Source: an uncultured Vicinamibacterales bacterium
GTDB taxonomy: Bacteria; Acidobacteriota; Vicinamibacteria; Vicinamibacterales; JAKQTR01
Assembly: GCA_964372095.1 (NCBI GenBank)
Contig: CAYJPV010000003.1
Span: 56,963 to 120,962, forward strand
Direction of reading: 5' to 3'
Length of the DNA stretch: 64,000 bases
Both the position numbers and the translations under genes were made by a program. Positions 9,592 through 19,100 of this stretch are shown piece by piece. Position 1 is the first letter of the stretch, and each line of letters starts with the position of its first letter. The notes under the pieces are model-generated. The model was not told where the DNA came from, searched no databases, and was given only the letters and a program-made list of their open reading frames with translations.

Positions 9592-11106
9592 ATGCGTCTG
9601 TCGCTTGCCACCGTCCTGCTGTCCGCCGCTGTCGTGTCGTTGTCCGCCGCTCCTCCCGCTCGCGTTGCGGCGCAACAGGCGAGGCCGGCGGACGCAGGCG
9701 CGCAAGCCTCCGGTCCCGACACCGTCGCCGCCCGGATCGCCCGCGTCGAACAGGGCCTCCTCCCGGGTACCGTGGTCGCAGGCCGCCCGTTGCCGACGGC
9801 GACGCTGGCGGATCGCATGGCGGCCCTCACGACGCCGGGCGTGAGTGTGGCCGTCATCAACGACGGCGTGATCGAATGGGTGAAGGCGTACGGCGTGACG
9901 GAGACGGGCACGTCCAAGGCCGTGACACCGCGGACGCTGTTCCAGGCGGCCTCTATCAGCAAGTCGGTGGCGGCGACCGCGGCACTGAAGCTGGTCGAAC
10001 AGGGGAAGCTCTCGCTGGACGAGCCGGTCAACGCCCGGCTTCTCGGCTGGAAGGTTCCCGACAACGAGTTCACCGCACGCGAGAAGGTCACGCTGCGCCG
10101 CCTGCTTAACCACTCGGCGGGCCTGACCGTTCACGGTTTTGGCGGGTACGCCGCAGGCACGCCAGTCCCGACCACGATCCAGGTTCTCGACGGTCAGGCC
10201 CCGGCCAACAGCGCCGCGGTCCGTGCCGATATCGTCCCGGGGAGTCTGTGGCGGTATTCGGGCGGCGGCTACACGGTGGTCCAGCAGTTGCTGACGGACG
10301 TCACGGGCAAGCCCTTCCCGGCCCTGCTGGCGGAACTGGTGCTGCGTCCGCTCGGGATGAACGACAGCTCGTACGACCAGCCCCTGCCTGCAGAACGACA
10401 GCTGGCAGCGGCCAGCGGGCATCGCTCCAACGGCACGCTGTTGCCTGGCCGCTTCCACACGTATCCCGAGATGGCCGCGGCCGGACTCTGGACGACGCCC
10501 ACGGACCTGGCCACGTTCCTGATCGCCATTCGGCAAGCCACGCAAGGCACGCCGACGGTGCTCTCGCCGGAGATGGCGCGGCAGATGATCTCGGGGGCGA
10601 GCGGCGGGTACGGGCTGGGGCTCTCGCTACGGGGAGCCGGACCGACCGCCTCGTTCGGACACGGCGGATCGAACGCGGGTTTCAAGTGTCAGATGATCAT
10701 GCACGTGGCCAGCGGGCGCGGGGCGGTGGTCATGACGAACGGAGACCAGGGCGGGCGGCTGGCGGCGGAGGTGCTGAGGGCCGTGGCGCACGAGTACGAC
10801 TGGCCGTCGTTCCGGCCGGTCGAGAAAGCCACAGTGCCGGTCGAGCGCGCCTTGCTGGCACTCCTGCCGGGCCGCTATGAACTGCGGCCCGGCAAGGTGC
10901 TCGTGGTGGCGCTCGAAGGAGACACGCTGTTCATCATCGACGGTCCGCAGCGCATTGCGCTCTTCCCGCAGTCGCCGACGAAGTTCTTCGAACTGGTCGA
11001 AAGCAATGACGTCGAGTTCGTTGCGGGGGCCGACGGCAGGCCCGGCCACATGCTGATCGGCGGTCAGTTGAAGGCGATGCGTCTCGCCGACGTGCCCGCC
11101 CGGTAG
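9592..11106 (+). CDS. serine hydrolase, beta-lactamase/PBP4*-like (class C fold) with C-terminal extra domain
   Basis: Signal peptide. S-x-x-K motif ASISKSV. HGGSNAG (KTG-like) motif. 504 aa. Confidence 0.9.
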   Translation: MRLSLATVLLSAAVVSLSAAPPARVAAQQARPADAGAQASGPDTVAARIARVEQGLLPGTVVAGRPLPTATLADRMAALTTPGVSVAVINDGVIEWVKAYGVTETGTSKAVTPRTLFQAASISKSVAATAALKLVEQGKLSLDEPVNARLLGWKVPDNEFTAREKVTLRRLLNHSAGLTVHGFGGYAAGTPVPTTIQVLDGQAPANSAAVRADIVPGSLWRYSGGGYTVVQQLLTDVTGKPFPALLAELVLRPLGMNDSSYDQPLPAERQLAAASGHRSNGTLLPGRFHTYPEMAAAGLWTTPTDLATFLIAIRQATQGTPTVLSPEMARQMISGASGGYGLGLSLRGAGPTASFGHGGSNAGFKCQMIMHVASGRGAVVMTNGDQGGRLAAEVLRAVAHEYDWPSFRPVEKATVPVERALLALLPGRYELRPGKVLVVALEGDTLFIIDGPQRIALFPQSPTKFFELVESNDVEFVAGADGRPGHMLIGGQLKAMRLADVPAR

Positions 11107-11122
11107 CCGCCGCAACGTCCAG

Positions 11123-11233
11123 CTACGCTTTTCGCTTCGGCTGCTTGTCCTGCTTCTGCTTCGCCGTCTGCTTGTCTTTGGCGGCGTGTTGCTTCTGACC
11201 CTTGTCTTTGTCTTTCTGGCCTCGGTCTCCCAT
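11123..11233 (-). CDS. unannotated small Lys/Gln-rich protein (36 aa)
   Basis: ATG 11233 preceded by GGAGGTG 5 nt upstream. Translates to MGDRGQKDKDKGQKQHAAKDKQTAKQKQDKQPKRKA, stop TAG 11123-11125. Too short for the supplied ORF track. Confidence 0.5.
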   Translation of the reverse strand: MGDRGQKDKDKGQKQHAAKDKQTAKQKQDKQPKRKA

Positions 11234-11298
11234 GACTCACCTCCAGCGCCATTGTGCGTCAGCCACCTACCCCTTGGCCAGCGACGCCAGATTGATGA

Positions 11299-11487
11299 CG
11301 AAGCGCTCCCTTCGACGCCATCGTCACCGGCGCCTCGCCGAAGGGGACGTGGGTGCGGCTGTCGACGCTCCCGGCTGAAGGCAGGCTGGAGCACGGGTTC
11401 CAGGGTCTTGACGTGGGTGACCGCGTCCACGTGAGGCTGATCAGCACGGACGTCGAGCGTGGGTTCATCGACTTCGCGCGCGACTGA
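11299..11487 (+). pseudogene. relic of the C-terminal S1-like domain of an RNB-family (RNase II/R-like) ribonuclease
   Basis: The open frame has no start codon (preceded by in-frame TGA 11296-11298). It encodes RSAPFDAIVTGASPKGTWVRLSTLPAEGRLEHGFQGLDVGDRVHVRLISTDVERGFIDFARD*, which I recall as the typical C-terminus of RNB-domain ribonucleases. No RNB catalytic domain lies upstream. Confidence 0.5.
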
Positions 11488-11499
11488 CCCCCGGTGCCC

Positions 11500-12093
11500 C
11501 TACTGCAGACTGGCGGTGATCACCACCGTCCTGGTCCTGAAGTCATAGCCATCGGAGTAGAACTTCATCGTCTTGGCCAGGCCGTGGAGGTACCGGGCTT
11601 CGACTGACAGCCGGTGCCTGCCGGCCGCGAACCCGATGCCACCGCCGATGACCAGCCCGTAGTCGAGCGCCGGCGTCTCGTACGTGATGCTGCGCCCGCC
11701 CGACGTGTCTTCCTGCCTGGCGGAGAGGATGTAGGCGGCCTCCACACCCGCAAGGCCGAACGGCGCGAGACGTCCGCCTCCTCTGATGGCGACGACGAGG
11801 GGCACGCTGAGCTCCGACACGGTGAAGTCCCAGGCGCGCGACTCGTATCGGGCGCGTTTCTGGATCCACAGCACGTCAACCTCAGGCGAAACGCGGCCGA
11901 ACGCCCACTCGAGCCCGCCGCCCAACGCGGCCCCCGGCAACCGGCTGGTCACGACGTCCGCCTCCGAGGCCATGTGGCCAAGCGCGACGCCGCCGACCAG
12001 CTTGAGCTGCTGCGCCCGGACGCTGGACACACCTGCCGCCATCAGGAGGACTACGACGCCTGCGGTGCGGACGACACGAGGCCAAGGTGTCAT
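11500..12093 (-). CDS. outer-membrane beta-barrel protein (small porin/OmpA-like barrel family)
   Basis: Signal peptide ending VRAQQ. Alternating hydrophobic beta-strand pattern with Gly/Tyr-rich strands. 197 aa. Confidence 0.65.
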   Translation of the reverse strand: MTPWPRVVRTAGVVVLLMAAGVSSVRAQQLKLVGGVALGHMASEADVVTSRLPGAALGGGLEWAFGRVSPEVDVLWIQKRARYESRAWDFTVSELSVPLVVAIRGGGRLAPFGLAGVEAAYILSARQEDTSGGRSITYETPALDYGLVIGGGIGFAAGRHRLSVEARYLHGLAKTMKFYSDGYDFRTRTVVITASLQ

Positions 12094-12098
12094 CTGAC

Positions 12099-13190
12099 TT
12101 ACCCCCCCTTCCCCTCCTGGCTCATGACTCGCGCCTGGACCTGGATCGATTCGTGGTGCACGAGGCGAAGCAGGTCGCGGCTGAAACCTTCGTCGAGTCC
12201 CATGGCGACTCCCAGCGCGCTGCGCGTGCGGAGGATGGCATCCCAGCGGTTGACCTGCAGGATGGTGACGTTGTTCTCGAGCTTGTAGCGCCCGATCTGT
12301 TCGGAAATGCGCATCCGGGCGGCCATCGCCTGCATGATCTGGTCGTCGATCCGATCGATCTCGTCGCGCAGGTGGCGCAGGGCGTCCTTGAACGCGACAT
12401 CGCTGCTGGAGGGCATCCGCACGACCAGGCCCTCGAGCAGGTCCCTGACGGCAGACGGCGACAACTGCTGTTTGGCGTCGCTCAGCGCGGCGTCCGGGTT
12501 GATGTGGCTTTCAATCATCAGCCCGTCGAGATCGAGGTCGAAGGCCTTCTGGGACACGAGGGGAATCAGGTCGCGGCTGCCGCAGATGTGGCTCGGGTCG
12601 CACAACACGGGCAGGCCCGGCACTCGCGTCTTGAGTTCGATGGCGAGATCCCACAGCGGCACATTATGGAACGGCCCGGCGTCGACGGCCGTGAACCCGC
12701 GGAACACGGCCCCCAGGCGTGTGATGCCAGCCCGGTTCAGGCGCTCGAGCGCGCCCACCCACAGACCGACGTCCGGGCTCACCGGGTTCTTGACCAGCAC
12801 CGGCACATCGGCTCCCTGCAGCGCGTCGGCGATCTCCTGGACCGCGAACGGACTGACCGTCGTCCGGGCGCCGACCCAGAGCACGTCGATGCCGTGCGTC
12901 AGGCACGCCTCGACGTGCGACGCGTTGCCCACTTCCGTGGCCACCGCCAGGCCCGTCTCCTCCCGCGCATGCGTGAGCCAGCGCAGGCCGTCGACACCCG
13001 CGCCTTCGAAGTGGCCGGGCCGGGTGCGCGGCTTCCACACGCCCGCGCGCAGGACGTCCACGCGGCCGGTTGCGGCAAGCCGCCTGGCCGTTTCGACCAC
13101 CTGCGGTTCCGACTCGGCACTGCAAGGGCCGGCGATGATCATGGGGCGTTCCATGATCCGAATCGGTTCGATCGTGAGTCTGGGGGTCAT
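12099..13190 (-). CDS. bifunctional 3-deoxy-7-phosphoheptulonate (DAHP) synthase / chorismate mutase (CM domain C-terminal)
   Basis: N-terminal KDO8P-like type I-beta DAHPS (IIAGPCSAES, RAGVWKPRTRPGHFEG, CDPSH). C-terminal AroQ-type chorismate mutase (LRHLRDEIDRIDDQIMQAMAARMRISEQIGRYK). ATGA overlap with the upstream gene. Confidence 0.9.
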   Translation of the reverse strand: MTPRLTIEPIRIMERPMIIAGPCSAESEPQVVETARRLAATGRVDVLRAGVWKPRTRPGHFEGAGVDGLRWLTHAREETGLAVATEVGNASHVEACLTHGIDVLWVGARTTVSPFAVQEIADALQGADVPVLVKNPVSPDVGLWVGALERLNRAGITRLGAVFRGFTAVDAGPFHNVPLWDLAIELKTRVPGLPVLCDPSHICGSRDLIPLVSQKAFDLDLDGLMIESHINPDAALSDAKQQLSPSAVRDLLEGLVVRMPSSSDVAFKDALRHLRDEIDRIDDQIMQAMAARMRISEQIGRYKLENNVTILQVNRWDAILRTRSALGVAMGLDEGFSRDLLRLVHHESIQVQARVMSQEGKGG

Positions 13191-15352
13191 GTTCGTCCTC
13201 TTTCACCGTGCGTCGCAGCGGCCATGCCGGTCTCCCGCGGCCTGACCGCGTCAGGCGCCGCCCCGGGCAGCACCCGCCGAATCTCGTTCGCTTCCGTCAT
13301 GATGCCGCGCAACCGATCCGCGTCACGCGCGGTCAACGCGTCACGAAAACGCTGCAGGTGCGCGATGTACTCGTCGAGCGCCTTGGTCAGGGGCACGGCG
13401 TTCCGCTGGAAAATCGGGGCCCACATCGCGGGTGAACTTTTCGCGAGCCGGACCGTCGACTCGAATCCGCTGCCGGCCAGCAGGAAGATGTTCTTCTCGT
13501 CGCTCTCGATGTCGAGCACCGTCTGCCCGAGCACGAACGACGTCACGTGGGACAGGTGCGACACGTACGCGAGGTGGCGGTCGTGATCGCCGGCAGCCAT
13601 GAACACCGTCCGCAGTCCGAGTGCGTCGAACAACGCCTGCGCAACAGCCAGCGCGTGCCCCGACGATCGGTCGCGGTCGCAGACGATGTTCACCTTGTGC
13701 CGGAAGAGCCCGGACAACGCGGCCGCCGGCCCCGAGTGCTCCGTGCCGGCGATCGGGTGCGCGGCCACGAACTGCGCACGCCGGGGGTGACCGGCGATGG
13801 CATCACAAATGGCCTGCTTGGTCGAACCCGCATCGATGACCACCGTATCGTCGCCGATCGTGTCGAGCACCGCCGGCGCCAGGGTTTCGAGCGCATCCAC
13901 CGGAACCGCCAGCACGACGACATCGGCTTGGCCCAGCGTGTGCTCCAGCGCGCCGATCTCGTCGACGAGCCCCCGATTGAGAGCGATCGCCGCGTGTTCG
14001 GGCGAGGCGTCGATCCCGATGAGCCGCTGGGCAAACCCGCTTTCGCGCAGCGCGATGGCGATCGATCCGCCGATGAGGCCGAGACCGACAATGGCAACGG
14101 TCCGGCCCGGAGGGCCTGACGGCTGGGGGACGGCGGCCGTCACCGGACGGGCGCCCGCCTGACGGCCGTGGGACTGCCACGCCGCAATTCGTGCGTGCGC
14201 CTCGCTGAGCACATCCAGCGGGCAACACAACGACAGGCGCACGTGCCGCCGGCCCGCAGGGCCAAACACGGACCCTGGCGTGATGAAGACCTTCGTGGCG
14301 TGGAGGACATCGTCGAGCCAGCCATCCACGTCGGCGCAGGCGTCAGGCGCCTGCGCCCAGACGAAGAGGCCTGCCTGCGATGGCTCGAACGTGCAGCCGA
14401 GCGTGCGGGCGATCTGCTCGACCTGGCGGCGGCGTTCGGCATACGTGGCCGTGAGCGCGTCGAACCACACCGACCGGCTCTCGAGCGCCGTCGCCGCCGC
14501 AAGCTGGGTCGGGAGGAACGTGCCCGAATCCATGTTGGATCGGACACGCAGCACCAGGTCGACGCACTCCGAAGACCCGGCCACCCAGCCCACGCGCCAG
14601 CCGGCCATGTTGTGGGATTTCGACAACGAACCCAGCTCGAGCGCGACGTCTTTCGCGCCCTCGATCGACAGGAGGCTCGCAGGCGACGGGTGCGCCAGCA
14701 TGGCGTACGGGTTGTCACTGACCAGCAGGATCCGGTGCCGCCGGGCAAAAGCGACCAGCTGCTCGAGTTCGTGCGGCGCCGCCACGCGCCCGGTCGGCAT
14801 GTGCGGGAAGTTGACCCACATCAGCTTCACGCGGGAGAGATCCTGCGAGGCGAGGTTGTCGAGGTCGATGCTCGACGGCCCGCGTTCGTGCAGCCGGTAG
14901 GGGCGCACGGTTCCACCGACGAGCCGGGTCACGGAGGTGTAGGCCGGGTAGCCGGGGTCGGGGACAAGGACTTCGTCGCCATCGTCCACGAACGCCAGCG
15001 AGACGTGGAAGATCCCCTCCTTGGACCCCGTCAGCGGGAGAATCTCGCGATCCGGATCGAGCGCCACGCCGAACACGTCGCGATACAGACCCGCGACGCC
15101 CTGGCGGAGCCGCGGAATGCCGCGGGAAGGCTGGTAGGCGTGCGCGTCGGATCGGCGCGCCGCCTCAACCAGCGTCTCGACCACGCGAGCGTCCGGCGCA
15201 AGGTCGGGGCTGCCGATCCCGAGGTTGATGACTCGCAGGTCCGGCGAGTCGAGGCGCCGCACCTCGGCGAGTTTCCGCGAGAAGTAGTACTCGCCGACAC
15301 CCGCGGCGCGCCGCGTCGGACTGATGCGTGTTCCCGTGGTAGGCATGGTCAT
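13187..15352 (-). CDS. fusion protein: class I/II PLP aminotransferase (N-terminal) + prephenate/arogenate dehydrogenase TyrA (C-terminal)
   Basis: Aminotransferase PLP-lysine region SLSKSHNMAGWRVGW. Rossmann VAIVGLGLIGGSIA followed by a prephenate-dehydrogenase-like region (AHPIAGTEHSG). One continuous 721-aa frame. ATG 15352 preferred over TTG 15361. Confidence 0.9.
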   Translation of the reverse strand: MTMPTTGTRISPTRRAAGVGEYYFSRKLAEVRRLDSPDLRVINLGIGSPDLAPDARVVETLVEAARRSDAHAYQPSRGIPRLRQGVAGLYRDVFGVALDPDREILPLTGSKEGIFHVSLAFVDDGDEVLVPDPGYPAYTSVTRLVGGTVRPYRLHERGPSSIDLDNLASQDLSRVKLMWVNFPHMPTGRVAAPHELEQLVAFARRHRILLVSDNPYAMLAHPSPASLLSIEGAKDVALELGSLSKSHNMAGWRVGWVAGSSECVDLVLRVRSNMDSGTFLPTQLAAATALESRSVWFDALTATYAERRRQVEQIARTLGCTFEPSQAGLFVWAQAPDACADVDGWLDDVLHATKVFITPGSVFGPAGRRHVRLSLCCPLDVLSEAHARIAAWQSHGRQAGARPVTAAVPQPSGPPGRTVAIVGLGLIGGSIAIALRESGFAQRLIGIDASPEHAAIALNRGLVDEIGALEHTLGQADVVVLAVPVDALETLAPAVLDTIGDDTVVIDAGSTKQAICDAIAGHPRRAQFVAAHPIAGTEHSGPAAALSGLFRHKVNIVCDRDRSSGHALAVAQALFDALGLRTVFMAAGDHDRHLAYVSHLSHVTSFVLGQTVLDIESDEKNIFLLAGSGFESTVRLAKSSPAMWAPIFQRNAVPLTKALDEYIAHLQRFRDALTARDADRLRGIMTEANEIRRVLPGAAPDAVRPRETGMAAATHGERGRT

Positions 15353-15359
15353 AAGGCAC

Positions 15360-15388
15360 AAAAAAAGGTCCCGGCGGTGGCCGGGACC
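15360..15388 (-). terminator. intrinsic terminator / attenuator hairpin immediately upstream of the aromatic operon start codon
   Basis: Minus strand reads GGTCCCGGC-CACC-GCCGGGACC followed by TTTTTTT: a perfect 9-bp GC stem, 4-nt loop and 7-T run. The T-run ends 7 nt before ATG 15352. Confidence 0.7.
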
Positions 15389-15424
15389 TGTTCGAGCTGT
15401 GTCTGCTTCTCTGTTCGCGCAGCG

Positions 15425-15493
15425 CTAGCCGTCGAAGTCCCGCTGGACATCGGTCCAATACGTAAACGACAGATAGGCGCTGCGACGCGTCAT
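15425..15493 (-). CDS. candidate attenuation leader peptide (22 aa, aromatic-rich)
   Basis: ATG 15493 to TAG 15425 encodes MTRRSAYLSFTYWTDVQRDFDG. It has 5 aromatic residues out of 22, including the run F-T-Y-W. It sits between a promoter-like element and the terminator. No obvious SD. Confidence 0.4.
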   Translation of the reverse strand: MTRRSAYLSFTYWTDVQRDFDG

Positions 15494-15503
15494 GATTGAG
15501 GTG

Positions 15504-15533
15504 AGCGTAAACACTCAGGGCTCATCTTGTCAA
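15504..15533 (-). promoter_or_regulatory. candidate sigma70-type promoter for the leader/aromatic operon
   Basis: Minus strand: TTGACA (15533-15528), 18-nt spacer, TACGCT (15509-15504). The leader ATG lies 10 nt downstream of the -10 element. Confidence 0.35.
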
Positions 15534-15577
15534 GTTGCCCGGCGGGACCTGGCCGCCAGAGCCAGTGGTCAACCGTC

Positions 15578-16063
15578 TCACATGTCCATGTACGGCATCG
15601 GCGGCACGATGCCGTTCAGGCGCGCGTACACGGTGAGCGCACCGCGATGGTGGGCCGTGTGATCGTTGATCGCGCCGAAGATCGCCATGCGGGGGACACC
15701 GCCCATGATCGGCCCTTCGGGCAAGGCCGCCATCAGCTCGGCGTCGCTCAAGGCCCCGGTCTTGGCCAGCGCGCTCGCCATCGCCCGTTCAAACCAGGCC
15801 CGAGCCTGCTCCAGGGAGGTGTAGCCGGCAATCACCTTCGCCTGCTCCTCCCAGTCCATGCTGAACCCCTCTGGCCGGAATCCGCCTTCCATGAACCAGT
15901 CAATGGTCTGCGCGACGTGGGCCACCTGCTGGGCGGCGGTCATCATGCCTTCAGCCGGCGCGAAGGTCGAGTGGGCCTCCGTGAGGTTGCGCGTGGAACG
16001 ATTGAAATATTCGTGGGCGGACTGCAGGGCGGAAACAGCCTGTTGTGCCAGGGACATCGACAT
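15578..16063 (-). CDS. DinB family (DinB_2-like four-helix bundle) protein
   Basis: 161 aa. N-terminal YFNRSTRNLTEAHSTF, central AQQVAHVAQTIDWF and C-terminal HTAHHRGALTVYARL His-containing helices are typical of DinB-like metalloproteins. Confidence 0.75.
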   Translation of the reverse strand: MSMSLAQQAVSALQSAHEYFNRSTRNLTEAHSTFAPAEGMMTAAQQVAHVAQTIDWFMEGGFRPEGFSMDWEEQAKVIAGYTSLEQARAWFERAMASALAKTGALSDAELMAALPEGPIMGGVPRMAIFGAINDHTAHHRGALTVYARLNGIVPPMPYMDM

Positions 16064-16146
16064 CCTCCTGAAAGTTGTGTGAGCCGATATCTTCGTTATT
16101 TCTTCGCCTCCCTGTCAAGTTGTTTCCCAGGCCCCGGAAAATCGAC

Positions 16147-19100
16147 CTATCGCAGCAGCAGGAACGGCAACGTGCGCGTGATGCCGTCGTACAGGACCAG
16201 CATCTCGGCGGCGGCCCGAAGCGACCGGGTCCCCTCGAATGGCGCGGTCACCACCATGTCCGTCACCGTCCAGTCTCGGCGGGCGCACACGCGGATCGTG
16301 CCGTCGTCGAACGTGATGCGCTCACCCTCCACGGTGAGCCTGCACTCCCCGTCCCGCTCGCGCCGCGTCATCGACCGGCCCTCGATGAAGAAGGCGTTGT
16401 GCGTCTCCGCGGCAAACAGACCGGGGTCGAGGAACAGGCGCGGCTTGTCGACGTACGGCGCGCCGTGGTGCACGCAGAACGTCTGGCAGTTGTCGCATTC
16501 GTTGCAGAAGTCGTCGATGTGCAGAATCTGCCGGACCTGCCCGATGCGGAAGACCTCTGTGCCGGCCACGCGAGGCCCGCTGCGATCCGCGCTGATCACG
16601 GGCACCTGCCACGTCACAGGCTGCATGGTGAACGTGTAGTTCGCCCGGTTCGGGCACACCTCGACACACTTGTCGCAGATGGTCGTGCACTGGACGCACC
16701 GCAGCGCCTCACGCCGTGCCTCATCTTCCGTGAACGTCGATTCGATAAGGCCGAAGCCGCGACGATCGACCAGCGGCAGCATCTGCGGCTTCACCTGATC
16801 GACCCGTCGCGCCCGCCATGACCTGACGTCGTCGAGTTCTTCATCCGACAGCACGGCGGCGGGCCTGGGCGGTTCGGCGAACACGATGCCGAACTGGCGG
16901 CAGATGGCCTCGGCCGCCTTGCGACCGTCGGCGCAGGCGCTGATGATGCTCGAGGGCTCGACGACCATGTCTCCGCCCGCATACACGCCGGCGGGGCCGG
17001 CGCACCGGGTGGCCGCGTCTACCTGCACGCCTCCAGAGCGGTGCATCAATACGCCGCTGCCCTCGAGGAACGCGAGGTCGGGCAGTTGCCCGATGGCCAC
17101 GATCACCGCGTCGCACGGAATCACGAACGCGGAACCCGGAATCTCGACAGGAGAGCGGCGACCGTCGGCGCCGGGTTCGCCGAGCGTGGTCCGGGCGCAC
17201 CGAATCCCCGTGACGACACCGCCGGCACGGACAATCTCGAGGGGTGCCACGAGTTCTTCCAGCACATTCCCCTCGTCCAGCGCCCCGGCCAGCTCTTCGT
17301 CGGCGGCAGGCATCTCGTGCCGCGTGCGGCGATACAGGATAGTCACCGGCCGGCCCGTGATCCGCTGCGCCGTCCGCGCCGCGTCCATGGCGGTGTCGCC
17401 ACCACCAATCACCACCGCCGACCTCCCGAGGTCGATCGGCTCGCCGCGGCGCGAACCGTCGAGCAACTGGAGCGCGGGCATCACGCCGGGCCCGTCCACG
17501 CCAGGCGCGCGCAGGGGCGTATCGCGCTGGAATCCGGCCGCCAGATACACGGCTTCAAACCCTGCCGCGAGCAACCGCTCAGGCGGATCCGTGATCCGCG
17601 TGTTGAGGACCATCTCGACCCCGAGTTCCCGGATGCGATCGACGTCGCGCTGGATGATCTCGTCGGGCAGGCGGAACGGCGGAATCGTCCGCATCATGCC
17701 GCCAGGGCGATCACGCGCCTCGAAGATGGTGGCGTGGACGCCGTTCAGCGCCAGGAACGCCGCTGCCGCCAGTCCCGATGGCCCGCTCCCGACAATGGCC
17801 ACACGGCGCGCGTTGGCGGGCGTCCGGTTCGCGACGTCGCTGGCGCGTCCGCGTTCTTCGGCGATACGTTTCAGCGCGCGAATCGCGACCGTCTCTTCGT
17901 AGTCGTTGCGCGTGCAGCGTGTCTGACACAGCGCGTTGCAGACGTACGCCGTGACGGCAGGCAGCGGATTGCGCGCGAGGATGACCTTCAGCGCGCGGTC
18001 GTAGTCGCCCTGCGCGATCAGCCACGCGTAGTCCGGCACGTCCTGTTCGACGGCACACGCCTCCACGCACGGCGCCACGACGCAGTCCCACAGTCCGAGA
18101 CCCGACTTCACTTTCGGCAGGCCGTGCGGGAACGCGTGTTTCTTGTACCGCGGGTCGGTCAGCGCCTCGGCCGCGGCGCGGCGGACCGTCGCCAGTCTGT
18201 CCGCCGAGAACGCCGCAAGGTCCGCAGCCCCGTGCCGACGCATGGCGGCGTCCACGTTCTCCAGCCACTGCGTCATACGGCCGTACCCGCCGGGTTTCAG
18301 CAGGTCGGTGCAGCCGGTGACTGGCATGGCGCCGCACTGCAGCACGGTTGCCGCATTCATGGCATCGACACCCGCCGAGAAGGACACGCGAAGGTCTCCG
18401 TCGGGTTCGTGCAGCAACCTGTCGTAGAGACTCATCGTGACGGGATAGAGCGCCCGTCCCGACATGTACATCTCGTCGCCGGGCAGGCGGCCGGCGTGGT
18501 TGCTCATGGCGAGCGTGTTGCTGAGCTTCACGCCGAACTGCAGGCCGGCGCCTCCGGCTACGCCCTTCAACCGCGTCATCAACTCGACCGCGTTCTCGTA
18601 TCGCAGGTCGTGCTCGAAGACCTGATCCGGAATCTCGATTTCGCGGAATCCCAACGACTCGTGCAGGATGTCGAGCACCCGGTCCTTGCCGAGCAACGTC
18701 GGGTTCAGTTTGACGATCGTGTGGAGCCGCCGCTCCGTCATCAGGAAACGGGCAATCCGCTCGATCTCTTCCGGCGGGCACCCGTGCATCGTCGACAATG
18801 TCACGCTGTTGACGATGGCGGCCGGGATGGCGACGTCGGCGAACTGCGGGAACTCGCGACCGATGGTGTCGCGGATGGGAGCGAGGTGCTCCGATGCGTC
18901 CGCCAGGATGTCCATGAAACGCGTCATCCGCGGATGCGTGATGCCGGCCAGGTCGTAACCCACGCTCATGTCGAAGATCACGCCGGGTCCATCCGGGCTC
19001 CCTGCCCTGCCTGCCTCCCATCCGAGTATGCGCGGCAGCAGGTGCAGGAGGGCCCATGCCACGACGTACTCATGCACGGATTCTTCGAGGGTGAGTTCCT

